Source: an uncultured Clostridia bacterium
GTDB taxonomy: Bacteria; Bacillota; Clostridia; Christensenellales; CAZKXV01
Direction: 5' to 3'
NCBI GenBank assembly: GCA_964556835.1
Contig: CAZKXV010000001.1
Span: 1-34,433, forward strand
Length of the DNA: 34,433 bases
Shown: one piece after another, positions 9,883-19,623 of the stretch
Layout of the letters: each line of letters begins with the position of its first letter
Position numbering within the stretch: the first letter of the stretch is position 1
Position numbers and translations under genes: made by a program
Notes under the pieces: model-generated
Seen by the model: only the letters and a program-made list of their open reading frames with translations
Told to the model about the DNA's origin: nothing
Database searches by the model: none

Positions 9883-12800
9883 ATGCCACTAGATAAGAGT
9901 ATAAAAAAAGTTTTAATTATTGGTAGCGGACCTATTGTAATAGGTCAAGCTGCCGAATTTGATTATGCAGGAACGCAAGCGTGTAGGGCTTTGCAAGAAG
10001 AGGGCATTTATGTAATTTTGGTCAATTCCAACCCTGCTACAATTATGACCGATGCAGATATGGCGGACAAGGTCTATATCGAGCCACTTACTCCCGAAAT
10101 GATAAAAAATATCATTAGAAAAGAAAAGCCCGACAGCCTCTTGCCTACATTAGGTGGACAAACTGGTCTTAATTTAGCATCTGAACTTGCGGAAAGTGGT
10201 TTTCTTGAAGAAGCGAATGTAAGGCTTCTAGGTACAAGTGTCGAGACAATAAAGAAAGCGGAAGACCGAGATTCATTTAAGAAGACTATGCTTGAAATCG
10301 GTGAGCCTGTTATAAAATCTGTTATTGTAAACGATATAGATGCTGCTCTGGCATTCGGAGAAGAGGCGGGATACCCGCTAATAGTTCGCCCCGCTTATAC
10401 TTTAGGCGGAACGGGCGGAGGCTTTGCAAATAATGCCGAAGAGCTTAAGGTAATAACTGGTACTGGTCTGGAGGCTAGCCGAGTAACACAATGCTTGATT
10501 GAGAAATCTATCGCAGGTTGGAAAGAGATAGAATATGAAGTTTTGCGTGATAATCTAGGCAATTCTATGACAATATGTAGTATGGAGAATGTCGACCCTG
10601 TTGGTATTCATACTGGCGATGCGATAGTAGTTGCACCCGTGCAAACACTTACAGACAAAGAAAACCAAATGCTTAGGTCAGCTAGCTTGAATATTGTAAA
10701 TGCTTTGGGTGTTAGAGGTGGATGTAATGTACAGCTTGCACTTCATACAGACAGTTCAGAATATGCAATCATCGAAGTTAATCCAAGAGTAAGTCGTTCA
10801 TCTGCGTTAGCATCTAAGGCGACAGGTTACCCAATAGCTAAAGTTGCGGCATTAATTGCAGTAGGATTTAATTTAGATGAGATACCTAATAAGGTAACAG
10901 GCAAAACTGTAGCATCGCACGAACCTGCACTTGATTATATAGTTACTAAGTTCCCAAGATGGCCATTTGATAAATTCACTCAAGCGGATAGAACACTTGG
11001 TACAAGAATGAAAGCAACAGGCGAAGTAATGAGTATAGGAGAGAATTTTGAACAGTCATTTATGAAGTCAGTTCGCTCCTTAGAAATTGGCAAAGACAAA
11101 TTATTTGACAATTCTTTACTTGTGATGAGTGATGAGGAATTATTAGCTAGTCTAATGCCTGCTGATGATAACAGAATATTTAGAGTATGCGAATTACTTA
11201 GGCGTGAATGCAGTATTGATTTGATATATGAAATTACACGCATTGATAGGTGGTTCTTATGGCGTTTTCGTAATATAGTTAGATTAGAAGAGAAATTACG
11301 CACAGAAAAGAAAATTGATGAACAGACAATGATGCAATCCAAAAAATATGGATTTTCTGACCAAGCAATTGCAGATTTTCTGGGCAAGGATATGATGGAT
11401 ATCAGAAAACTTAGATTGAGCTGGAATATAAGACCGGTATTCAATATGGTAGATACCTGTGCAGCCGAGTTTCAAGCTGTAAGTCCATATTATTATACAA
11501 CTTATAGAAAAGAAAGTGAGCATATTCCAAAACCTAGAAAATCCATTCTAGTTTTAGGAAGTGGACCAATTAGAATTGGACAGGGCATAGAATTCGACTA
11601 TTGTTCAGTACAATGTATACGTGCGATTAAGAAAGAAAACTATGATGCAGTCATTATAAATAATAACCCCGAAACAGTCTCTACTGACTTTGATATTTCA
11701 GATAGACTATATTTTGAGCCATTGACTCCTGAAGATGTATATAATGTTATTGATGTTGAGCAACCTGAAGCTGTGGTAGTACAGTTCGGAGGACAGACAG
11801 CGATAAAATTAGCAGAACCCGTACGAGATTATGGATGTAAGATATTAGGCACTTCACTTGAGAACATTGATAGAGCAGAAGACCGAGAGCAATTTGATGC
11901 ATTACTTGAAAAAATCGGTGTTATGAGACCAGAAGGCGTAAGTGTAGTCAATCTATATGATGCGATGAAAGGCGCAGAGAAAGTAGGGTTCCCCGTACTT
12001 GTTCGCCCATCTTATGTTCTTGGTGGTCAGGGTATGGAAATATGTTATGATATTAATGACTTAGAGAAGTATCTTTCTTTTATCAATATTAATGAACAGA
12101 AACACCCCGTACTTATCGATAAATATATCATAGGTAGAGAACTTGAAGTTGATGCTATCTGTGATGGCAAGGATATTCTTATACCAGGAATTATGGAGCA
12201 TATTGAGAGGACAGGCGTTCACAGCGGTGATTCCATTGCGGTATATCCCCCAATTAATGTAACTGAAAGTGATGAGAAGAATTTGATTAAAATAACTAAA
12301 GATATTGCATTAGGGCTTGAAACCTACGGTCTGGTAAATATTCAATATATTCTTAAAGACTCGGAAGTATATGTAATCGAAGTTAATCCCCGTTCATCAA
12401 GAACGGTTCCATATATAAGCAAAGTAACGGGCGTACCCATGGTAGAACTTGCAACCCGTTGCGCTATGGGAGAGACTCTTGCAGATATGGGATATGGAAC
12501 AGGCTTATATAGAAAATCGGGCATTTATGCAGTTAAGGTACCTGTATTTAGTAATGAGAAAATTACTGGTTTAGACTTTTCGCTCTCTCCAGAAATGAAA
12601 TCAACGGGAGAAGTATTAGGCGTGTCTACCGATATGGGCGAAGCACTGTTCAAGGGTCTATATGGTTCGAATATGAAAATGAGTTATTCGGGTGGAGTGT
12701 TTCTAAGTGTCTCTGAGAAATTTAAGTGGGAAATCCTCCCGGTAGCAGTTGGTTTCAAGAAATTAGGCTTTGATATTTATGCAACTGAAGGCACTGCAAA

Positions 12801-13104
12801 ATACTTAGAGAGATATCTTGTTGAGGGTGTAATCACAGTAAAAAGAGATATTGATGCTTTCGATAATGTGAAGAAACTTATAGATGAACGTAAAGTTCAA
12901 TATATTATCAATACCCCTACTAAGGGCAGAAATAGCAAAAGATTCGGGTTCAAGATAAGAAGACTTGCTGTTGAAAATGTAGTACCTTGTTTGACTTCAA
13001 TTGATACAGCGAATGCACTTATTCGTGCGCTTAGAATAACTACAAGTGTTAAGGACTTAAGCTCAATTCCGCTAAGTGAATACTCAACACACAATCTTAA
13101 ATAA
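9883..13104 (+). CDS. carB: Carbamoyl-phosphate synthase large subunit
   Basis: 1073 aa with duplicated ATP-grasp halves (GSGPIVIGQAAEFDYAG and GSGPIRIGQGIEFDY) and a C-terminal MGS-like domain. The gene starts 1 nt after carA. Confidence 0.95.
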   Translation: MPLDKSIKKVLIIGSGPIVIGQAAEFDYAGTQACRALQEEGIYVILVNSNPATIMTDADMADKVYIEPLTPEMIKNIIRKEKPDSLLPTLGGQTGLNLASELAESGFLEEANVRLLGTSVETIKKAEDRDSFKKTMLEIGEPVIKSVIVNDIDAALAFGEEAGYPLIVRPAYTLGGTGGGFANNAEELKVITGTGLEASRVTQCLIEKSIAGWKEIEYEVLRDNLGNSMTICSMENVDPVGIHTGDAIVVAPVQTLTDKENQMLRSASLNIVNALGVRGGCNVQLALHTDSSEYAIIEVNPRVSRSSALASKATGYPIAKVAALIAVGFNLDEIPNKVTGKTVASHEPALDYIVTKFPRWPFDKFTQADRTLGTRMKATGEVMSIGENFEQSFMKSVRSLEIGKDKLFDNSLLVMSDEELLASLMPADDNRIFRVCELLRRECSIDLIYEITRIDRWFLWRFRNIVRLEEKLRTEKKIDEQTMMQSKKYGFSDQAIADFLGKDMMDIRKLRLSWNIRPVFNMVDTCAAEFQAVSPYYYTTYRKESEHIPKPRKSILVLGSGPIRIGQGIEFDYCSVQCIRAIKKENYDAVIINNNPETVSTDFDISDRLYFEPLTPEDVYNVIDVEQPEAVVVQFGGQTAIKLAEPVRDYGCKILGTSLENIDRAEDREQFDALLEKIGVMRPEGVSVVNLYDAMKGAEKVGFPVLVRPSYVLGGQGMEICYDINDLEKYLSFININEQKHPVLIDKYIIGRELEVDAICDGKDILIPGIMEHIERTGVHSGDSIAVYPPINVTESDEKNLIKITKDIALGLETYGLVNIQYILKDSEVYVIEVNPRSSRTVPYISKVTGVPMVELATRCAMGETLADMGYGTGLYRKSGIYAVKVPVFSNEKITGLDFSLSPEMKSTGEVLGVSTDMGEALFKGLYGSNMKMSYSGGVFLSVSEKFKWEILPVAVGFKKLGFDIYATEGTAKYLERYLVEGVITVKRDIDAFDNVKKLIDERKVQYIINTPTKGRNSKRFGFKIRRLAVENVVPCLTSIDTANALIRALRITTSVKDLSSIPLSEYSTHNLK

Positions 13105-13140
13105 AATAAATAAAATAAAAAAATAAAAAAAAGGAAAAAA

Positions 13141-14319
13141 ATGAAACTTAACAAAAATTATGAAAATCTAGTAGAAAATTACTTGTTTGCAGAAATAGGT
13201 ACAAGAGTAGAGAAATTTATATCAGAAAATCCTGATAAAAATGTTATAAAAATGGGTATAGGCGATGTTACAAGACCTATCGTTCAGCCTGTTGTTGATG
13301 CTATGAAAGATGCTTGTGATGAACTTGCACAAGGTAAGTCTTTCAGAGGTTATGGTCCCTATAGAGGATATGACTTTATAATTAATGCAATTGTAAATTA
13401 TTATACTAAATTTGGGGTGAAACTTCTTAGCACAGAAGTATTTGTTAGCGAAGGTGCAAAAAGTGATGTTTCAAATATCACAGATATTTTCTCTGATGAC
13501 AATACAATTTGTATAGCTGACCCAGTATATCCTGTATACCTAGATAGTAATATTATGCTAGGAAGAAAGATAATCTATGTGAAAGGCGATAGTTCATTTA
13601 AGGCTTTGCCAGCGTCTTTACTTGAGAAAGCGGATATCATATATCTTTGCTCACCTAATAATCCAACTGGTGCTGTATATACTTATGCAGAGCTTGCCGA
13701 ATGGGTCGAATATGCTGTTGCTAATGATTGCGTAATTATATATGATGCGGCTTATGAAGCATTTATTAAGGAAGAGGGATACCCTCATTCTATTTATGAG
13801 ATAGCTGGCGCTGAAAAATGTGCTATTGAAATATGCTCATTTTCTAAGACCGCAGGATTTACAGGCGTTAGATGTAGTTATACAATAATTCCTGAAGATT
13901 TGGTTGACAGTAATGGCAAATCACTAAATAAAATGTGGCTAAGACGTCAAACTACCAAGTTCAATGGCGTATCTTATGTTATTCAACGAGGTGCTTGTGC
14001 TGTTTTTAGCGATGAGGGAATGAAAGCTATTATGGCGGATATAAACTATTATATGAATAACGCTAAAGAGTTGGCAGAATTCTTTGATCGTAAGGGTATA
14101 TATTATACTGGTGGCAAGAATTCTCCTTATATTTGGTTAAAATGCCCTGATAATATGGGTTCATGGGAGTTCTTTGATAAGTTATTAATTGAGGCGAACG
14201 TTGTTGGTACACCCGGTGTAGGATTTGGTTCTTGTGGTGAGGGATATTTGAGATTAACAGCTTTCAACACGCTAGAAAACACTTATGAAGCAATAGCTAG
14301 AATGGATAAGATTTTGTAA
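13141..14319 (+). CDS. dapL: LL-diaminopimelate aminotransferase
   Basis: The DapL-type N-terminus is present (NYLFAEI .. IKMGIGDVTRP), with the PLP-lysine region SFSKTAGFTGVR. It is linked to dapF in the same gene string. Confidence 0.8.
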   Translation: MKLNKNYENLVENYLFAEIGTRVEKFISENPDKNVIKMGIGDVTRPIVQPVVDAMKDACDELAQGKSFRGYGPYRGYDFIINAIVNYYTKFGVKLLSTEVFVSEGAKSDVSNITDIFSDDNTICIADPVYPVYLDSNIMLGRKIIYVKGDSSFKALPASLLEKADIIYLCSPNNPTGAVYTYAELAEWVEYAVANDCVIIYDAAYEAFIKEEGYPHSIYEIAGAEKCAIEICSFSKTAGFTGVRCSYTIIPEDLVDSNGKSLNKMWLRRQTTKFNGVSYVIQRGACAVFSDEGMKAIMADINYYMNNAKELAEFFDRKGIYYTGGKNSPYIWLKCPDNMGSWEFFDKLLIEANVVGTPGVGFGSCGEGYLRLTAFNTLENTYEAIARMDKIL

Positions 14320-14468
14320 GATAGAAGGCTACCTTATACTTAGCATTAGATATAACAATAAATATAAATACCCTATAGCATGGTCTTATAAGATAAGATG
14401 TGTTACAATAATGGAGATGGAATTCTCCTATAATAATTACAAGAATGTGAGGAATTTGACTCTTGGAA

Positions 14469-15872
14469 ATGATTAGCTTGAAAGAAGCTTGTGGTGTCTT
14501 CGGTGCGATAAGCAAAACTCCATATGATATATTGCAAGATGTGCATTACGGACTTTTTGCGCTCCAACATAGGGGCGAAGAGAGTGCTGGTTTTGCGATT
14601 GCAAATGGAAGTGGTGTTCACGGCTATCGCAATATGGGCTCTGTTGCTGAAGTTATGACACAAGATGTTATGAATAGGTTTGGGAATTCTTCCATAGCAA
14701 TCGGACACGTGAGATATTCGACTACAGGCGGTAGTAATATTGCCAATGCCCAACCCATAGTATTCAAGGGCAGAGTTGGCGATGTTGCACTTGCGCATAA
14801 TGGCAATATTTTCAATAGTGCGAATTTAAGAGAATTCCTAATCGAAAAGAAAGTACTATTTCAGACAACTATTGATTCAGAGGTTATTGCAGCTTTAATC
14901 AATTATAATTATAAAGGTAGCATTGTGCAAGCTGTTACTAGTACTGCCAAAATGCTTAGAGGCTCTTATGCGCTTGTTATTATGAGTGAACAGGGATTAG
15001 TTGCAGTTCGAGACCCGTTCGGAATCAGACCTCTTGTAATGGGCGAAAAAGATGATGGTACAATTATTTTCGCAAGTGAGTCTCCTGCACTTGATGTTGT
15101 AGGTGCAAGATACGTAAGAGATGTTGAAGCTGGTGAGATAATTATTTGTAGTCATAAGAAGGGTTTGGAATCGTTCTATATGGATACTGAACGTGATAAT
15201 AGAATGTGCAGTTTCGAATACGTATACTTTGCAAGATTTGATTCAATTATAAACGGGCGATCTGTATATGATGCTAGAATTAAGGCGGGCGAATTGCTTG
15301 CAGAGAATCATTATGTTGATGCGGATTTAGTAGCCCCAGTTCCCGATACTGCTTCAGTTGCAGCATCCGCATATTCGCATAAGACAGGAATCCCTTATCT
15401 TGATGTTTTAAGCAAGAATAGATACAGCGGCAGAACATTTATTCAGCCTGAACAACACCTTAGAGAGATTATGGTCAAGATGAAATTATCGGCTATAAAG
15501 GATAATGTTCAAGGTAAGAGAATAGTGCTTATAGATGATAGTATTGTAAGAGGTACTACAAGCAAAAAAATTATTGGTATGCTTAAAGAGGCAGGTGCAA
15601 AAGAAGTGCATTTAAGAATTACTTCCCCCCCTGTTAAGCATGCTTGTTACTTCGGTATAGATATTCAGAACGAAAAAGAGTTAATAGGAGCTAACCATTC
15701 CGAAAAAGAAATTGCGGAAATACTAGGTTGTGAAAGCGTAGAATTTCTTACGCTTGATGAGTTAGTAACAATGTGTGGCAAGGAAAACAGTGGTATATGC
15801 GATGGTTGTTTCTCTGGGTGTTATCCTTTTGAAGTGAAGTCCAAATATATAGATAAATTAAGAATGGAATAA
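14469..15872 (+). CDS. purF: Amidophosphoribosyltransferase
   Basis: Short propeptide, then the catalytic CGVFG N-terminus. PRTase motif VLIDDSIVRGTT and a C-terminal Cys cluster. The ORF track starts at a TTG at 14463; the first ATG is 14469. Confidence 0.9.
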   Translation: MISLKEACGVFGAISKTPYDILQDVHYGLFALQHRGEESAGFAIANGSGVHGYRNMGSVAEVMTQDVMNRFGNSSIAIGHVRYSTTGGSNIANAQPIVFKGRVGDVALAHNGNIFNSANLREFLIEKKVLFQTTIDSEVIAALINYNYKGSIVQAVTSTAKMLRGSYALVIMSEQGLVAVRDPFGIRPLVMGEKDDGTIIFASESPALDVVGARYVRDVEAGEIIICSHKKGLESFYMDTERDNRMCSFEYVYFARFDSIINGRSVYDARIKAGELLAENHYVDADLVAPVPDTASVAASAYSHKTGIPYLDVLSKNRYSGRTFIQPEQHLREIMVKMKLSAIKDNVQGKRIVLIDDSIVRGTTSKKIIGMLKEAGAKEVHLRITSPPVKHACYFGIDIQNEKELIGANHSEKEIAEILGCESVEFLTLDELVTMCGKENSGICDGCFSGCYPFEVKSKYIDKLRME

Positions 15873-15885
15873 AGGAGTATTTTAT

Positions 15886-17157
15886 ATGTCAGTAAGAGTA
15901 ATAGTAGGCGCTCAATGGGGCGATGAAGGTAAAGGCAAGCTTGTAGATTATTTCGCTGCAAAAGCGGATATGGTTATAAGGTTTCAAGGCGGAGATAATG
16001 CTGGACATACCGTAATTAATGATTATGGTATATTTAAGACACACCTTGTACCTAGCGGTATATTTAAGAAAGGTTGCAAATGTCTTTGTAATACTGGTAT
16101 GGTTGTTAACCCTGATGAACTACTCAAAGAGCTTGGCGAAATTGAGAGTGCAGGTGTAGATGTTACTGACTGTTATATCTCATCGAAAGCTACTATTCTT
16201 ATGCCTTATCACGTTACAAAAGACAGTATCAAAGAAGATGGCAAGGGCGCAATAGGTAGTACTAAGCGTGGTATTGCTTTTGCTTATGCCGATAGAGCTA
16301 GAAGATTATCTCTTAGATTTGAAGATTTGACTGAATTGGATTATGTGAGCGAGAGATTAGACCTTATACTTGACACAACTAATACAGAACTTATTGCTAT
16401 GGGTGGTGAGCCTGTAATGAAAGAAGATATTATGAAGAAAGTAAGTTATTGGGCAGACAAACTTCTAAGTAGAATTGTCGAACCAGTAAGTTTTGTCAAT
16501 AAAGCAATCGATGCAGGACTGAATATTATATTTGAGGGACAGCTTGGTGCAATGAAAGACTTAGATTTAGGTATATATCCATATGTTACTTCTTCCAATC
16601 CAGTTGCAGCATATGCTGCAGTTAGTGGCGGTTTTCCATGTGCTAAGATTGACCATATTACAGGTATTGCCAAAGCGTTTTCTAGTGCAGTTGGCAAAGG
16701 CCCTTTCCCAACAGAAATGCCTGATGCTGAGGCTGCTGAATTTAGAGGTACTGGCGAAAAAGCTGATGATGAGTTCGGCGCAAGAACAGGTAGAGCAAGA
16801 AGACTTGGCTGGTTGGATTTGCCAATAATCAAGTATTCTGCTACAATAAATGGTTTTACTGAAATGGCACTTTGCAAGATTGATAAGCTAGATACTTTTG
16901 ACACTATTAAAGTTGGCATGGGTTATAAACTTAATGGCAAGCTTATAGACTATATGCCTTCAACTAGAGAACTTGAGAAAGTTGAGTGTATCTACAAAAC
17001 TTTTGAGGGTTGGAAATGTGATACAACTAAGATTAGAAAAATGAAAGACCTACCTAAATTAGCTCAAGAATATATCCAAGCTGTTGAGGATTTTGTAGGC
17101 GTTCCTATCAAATATGTTGGTGTTGGACCTGAAAGAGAAGAACTAGCTATAAAATAA
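15886..17157 (+). CDS. purA: Adenylosuccinate synthetase
   Basis: GAQWGDEGKGK P-loop, GGDNAGHT, TKRGIA, and GARTGRARR motifs. Confidence 0.95.
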   Translation: MSVRVIVGAQWGDEGKGKLVDYFAAKADMVIRFQGGDNAGHTVINDYGIFKTHLVPSGIFKKGCKCLCNTGMVVNPDELLKELGEIESAGVDVTDCYISSKATILMPYHVTKDSIKEDGKGAIGSTKRGIAFAYADRARRLSLRFEDLTELDYVSERLDLILDTTNTELIAMGGEPVMKEDIMKKVSYWADKLLSRIVEPVSFVNKAIDAGLNIIFEGQLGAMKDLDLGIYPYVTSSNPVAAYAAVSGGFPCAKIDHITGIAKAFSSAVGKGPFPTEMPDAEAAEFRGTGEKADDEFGARTGRARRLGWLDLPIIKYSATINGFTEMALCKIDKLDTFDTIKVGMGYKLNGKLIDYMPSTRELEKVECIYKTFEGWKCDTTKIRKMKDLPKLAQEYIQAVEDFVGVPIKYVGVGPEREELAIK

Positions 17158-17178
17158 TTATTAATAAATATATTTTCT

Positions 17179-17208
17179 AGCACACCGCAGTACTGCGGTG
17201 TGCTTTTC
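17179..17208 (+). terminator. Rho-independent terminator after purA
   Basis: Perfect palindrome AGCACACCGCAGT/ACTGCGGTGTGCT followed by TTTT. Confidence 0.8.
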
Positions 17209-17222
17209 TCTTGCCCTATTAG

Positions 17223-17251
17223 TTGTATATGTTTATTCTATGTGCTATAAT
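17223..17251 (+). promoter_or_regulatory. Candidate extended -10 promoter of the DegT-family gene
   Basis: TTGTAT - 17 nt - TATAAT with TGc immediately upstream of the -10. It lies between the purA terminator and the RBS AAGGAG at 17262. Confidence 0.5.
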
Positions 17252-17275
17252 TTGCCTATTCAAGGAGATAGCAAA

Positions 17276-18466
17276 ATGAGCATTAAGTTTTCAAGAGCAG
17301 ACATTACAGAAGAAGAGATTAAAGAGGTTGTTGATACCCTGCATTCAGGATATATTACTACCGGAACAAAAACTAAGGATTTCGAAAAACAGCTTGCAAC
17401 TTTTTGTAATGTGAAGAAAGTCGCCTGTTTGAATTCAGCTACTGCTGGGCTTGAACTAATATTAAGGGTACTCGGAATAGGTGCAGGCGATGAGGTCATT
17501 ACTACTGCTTATACTTATACTGCAACCGCAAGTGTGATAAGTCATGTGGGGGCAAGAATTATATTAGTAGACACACTTAAGGGTAGCTATGAGATAGATA
17601 GTATGGGGATTGAGAATGCAATAACTTCTAGAACTAAGGTAATTATTGCGGTGGATATTGCGGGCAAGATATGCGATTATAATAAGATTTATCAAGCTGT
17701 GGAAGCAAAGGTAGACTTATTTGTGCCTAGTAATGACATTCAAGAGCGTATGGGAAGAATTGCAGTTATTGCAGATGGCGCCCATAGTTTTGGAGCCCAA
17801 AAGAATGGAATACTTAGTGGCAGCTTTGCTGATTTTACTGTATTTAGTTTTCATGCAGGCAAGAATTTGACCGTTGCTGAGGGTGGTGCAATAGCTCTTA
17901 ATGAATGTGATTTCTATGATACTGAAGAAATGTACAAGCAATTTATGATTTTTGGACTACATGGTCAGACAAAGGACAGTTATAGCAAAGAAAAATTAGG
18001 TGCGTGGGAATATGATATTGTGACACTTGGTTATAAATGTAATATGACAGATATCTCTGCAAGTATAGGCAAGATTCAACTAGCTCGATATCCTAAAATT
18101 CTAGAAAGAAGAAAAGAAATAATATCTATATATAATGACGAACTCGGTGACTTAATTGAAGTAATAGACCTATGTAATAATAAGGAATTATCAAGTGGTA
18201 CATTATACATGACAAGAATACCGAATAAGACGGAGCTTGAGCGTAATAATATAATTCTAGCGCTTGCTGAGGAAGGCATTCCTACAAATGTTCATTTCAA
18301 ACCGTTACCTATGTTCACAGCTTATAAGAGGCTAGGGTTCGATATCAAAGATTTCCCTAATGCTTATAACCAATATGCAAATGAAATAACATTGCCCTTG
18401 CATACGCTTCTAACTAATGAAGATGTGTATAAGATTATTAAAGCATTTAAGATATGTATATCTTGA
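17276..18466 (+). CDS. DegT/DnrJ/EryC1/StrS-family PLP-dependent aminotransferase
   Basis: The family PLP-lysine motif is FSFHAGKNLTVAEGG, with LNSATAGLEL upstream. The start is set at the ATG preceded by AAGGAG, because the 17198 start in the ORF track overlaps the purA terminator and the promoter. Confidence 0.85.
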   Translation: MSIKFSRADITEEEIKEVVDTLHSGYITTGTKTKDFEKQLATFCNVKKVACLNSATAGLELILRVLGIGAGDEVITTAYTYTATASVISHVGARIILVDTLKGSYEIDSMGIENAITSRTKVIIAVDIAGKICDYNKIYQAVEAKVDLFVPSNDIQERMGRIAVIADGAHSFGAQKNGILSGSFADFTVFSFHAGKNLTVAEGGAIALNECDFYDTEEMYKQFMIFGLHGQTKDSYSKEKLGAWEYDIVTLGYKCNMTDISASIGKIQLARYPKILERRKEIISIYNDELGDLIEVIDLCNNKELSSGTLYMTRIPNKTELERNNIILALAEEGIPTNVHFKPLPMFTAYKRLGFDIKDFPNAYNQYANEITLPLHTLLTNEDVYKIIKAFKICIS

Positions 18467-18469
18467 TTG

Positions 18470-18498
18470 TTGACAAATACTAATAGTTAGAATATAAT
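18470..18498 (+). promoter_or_regulatory. Consensus sigma-70-type promoter of iolG
   Basis: Perfect TTGACA - 17 nt - TATAAT, 30 nt upstream of the iolG ATG. The RBS is AGAGG. Confidence 0.6.
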
Positions 18499-18527
18499 GC
18501 CATTAGAACTTAAATTAGAGGTAAAAT

Positions 18528-19553
18528 ATGATTAATATTGGAATTATTGGAATGGGCAGAATTGGGCGTGTACATATGGAAAGTATATGTACTAGTGTCC
18601 CTGAAGCGAAAGTAGTAGCTATTGCAGATCCTTACTTAACTAGCGAAACCGAAACCCTTGCCCTAGAGAAATACAAGGTACTTAATGCCTACAAAGATTA
18701 CAAAAAAATCCTATCTGATGATAGTATTGATGCGGTGGTGATTTGTTCATCGACTGATACACATTCAGCTATCTCAATTGAAGCGCTTAAAGCGGGTAAA
18801 CACGTTATGTGTGAAAAGCCTATTGATACTGACTACAAAAGAATAATAAAAGTGGTCGAGGCTGTGAAAGAGAACAGTCATTTGAAATTTCAAGTTGGGT
18901 TTAATAGAAGATTTGACCATAATTTTATGGCACTTAAGGAACAAAGTAAGAATCTAGGTGCTATTCACATTATTAAGATTACATCACGTGACCCTGCTCC
19001 ACCACCAATTGAGTATATCAAAGTATCGGGGGGATTATTCAATGATATGATGATTCATGACTTAGATATGGTGCGTTTTTTGTCCTCATCTGAAGTGGAA
19101 GAAGTTCACGTATATGGCGGAGCCTTAGTAGATAAACGCATAGGCGAGGCAGGCGATATTGATACTGCTATCGTTAGTATGAAATTATCAAGTGGCGCTT
19201 TCGCTGTTATTGATAATTCAAGACAAGCTGTGTATGGATATGACCAGAGAGCTGAAGTATTCTGTGCAAATGGTATGGTATGCTCAGAAAACGATGCCCC
19301 AAGTACAGTGAAAGTAGTTACATCTAGTGGTGTAAATAGTGAAAAACCACTACATTTTTTCCTTGATAGATATATGCAAGCATATGCAAAAGAGCTAAAA
19401 TGTTTCGTAGAAGCAATAATAAATGATACGCCGACTATTTGTAATGAGACTGATGGTCTAAAACCATTCTTGATAGCTAAAGCGTGTGCAAAATCATTAT
19501 TAGAAAGTAGACCTGTGACAATAGCAGAAATTGAAGAAGAGTTAAGCAGATAA
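18528..19553 (+). CDS. iolG: Inositol 2-dehydrogenase (Gfo/Idh/MocA family)
   Basis: Rossmann motif IGIIGMGRIGRVH, then CEKP and VGFNRRFDHNF motifs of the IolG/IdhA type. It is adjacent to iolE/D/B. Confidence 0.75.
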   Translation: MINIGIIGMGRIGRVHMESICTSVPEAKVVAIADPYLTSETETLALEKYKVLNAYKDYKKILSDDSIDAVVICSSTDTHSAISIEALKAGKHVMCEKPIDTDYKRIIKVVEAVKENSHLKFQVGFNRRFDHNFMALKEQSKNLGAIHIIKITSRDPAPPPIEYIKVSGGLFNDMMIHDLDMVRFLSSSEVEEVHVYGGALVDKRIGEAGDIDTAIVSMKLSSGAFAVIDNSRQAVYGYDQRAEVFCANGMVCSENDAPSTVKVVTSSGVNSEKPLHFFLDRYMQAYAKELKCFVEAIINDTPTICNETDGLKPFLIAKACAKSLLESRPVTIAEIEEELSR

Positions 19554-19575
19554 AAAGAATGATATAATATCAAAA

Positions 19576-19616
19576 ATGCCCCACTAGTATGATAGGTAGT
19601 GGGGCATATTTTTTTT
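19576..19616. terminator. Bidirectional terminator between the convergent iolG and iolE genes
   Basis: ATGCCCCACTA-loop-TAGTGGGGCAT, flanked by AAAAA on the left and ATTTTTTTT on the right. Confidence 0.8.
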
Positions 19617-19623
19617 GTATATA

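Noticed and set aside
13105-13140. An A-rich, repeat-like spacer (AATAAATAAAATAAAAAAATAAAAAAAAGGAAAAAAATG) between carB and dapL.
   Set aside because: It is low-complexity A/T sequence that simply supplies the RBS. It has no stem-loop and no evidence of a regulatory or slippage function.
14320-14468. I looked for a purine riboswitch or PurBox upstream of purF.
   Set aside because: The guanine/adenine riboswitch core and the CCGAAC-type PurBox are not recognisable. Only a weak 5-bp hairpin (GGAGA..TCTCC) is present.
17198-17275. The longer N-terminal extension of the DegT-family ORF (start at 17198).
   Set aside because: The extension overlaps the purA terminator stem and the candidate promoter. 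The ATG at 17276 has a good AAGGAG RBS, and the family homology starts there.
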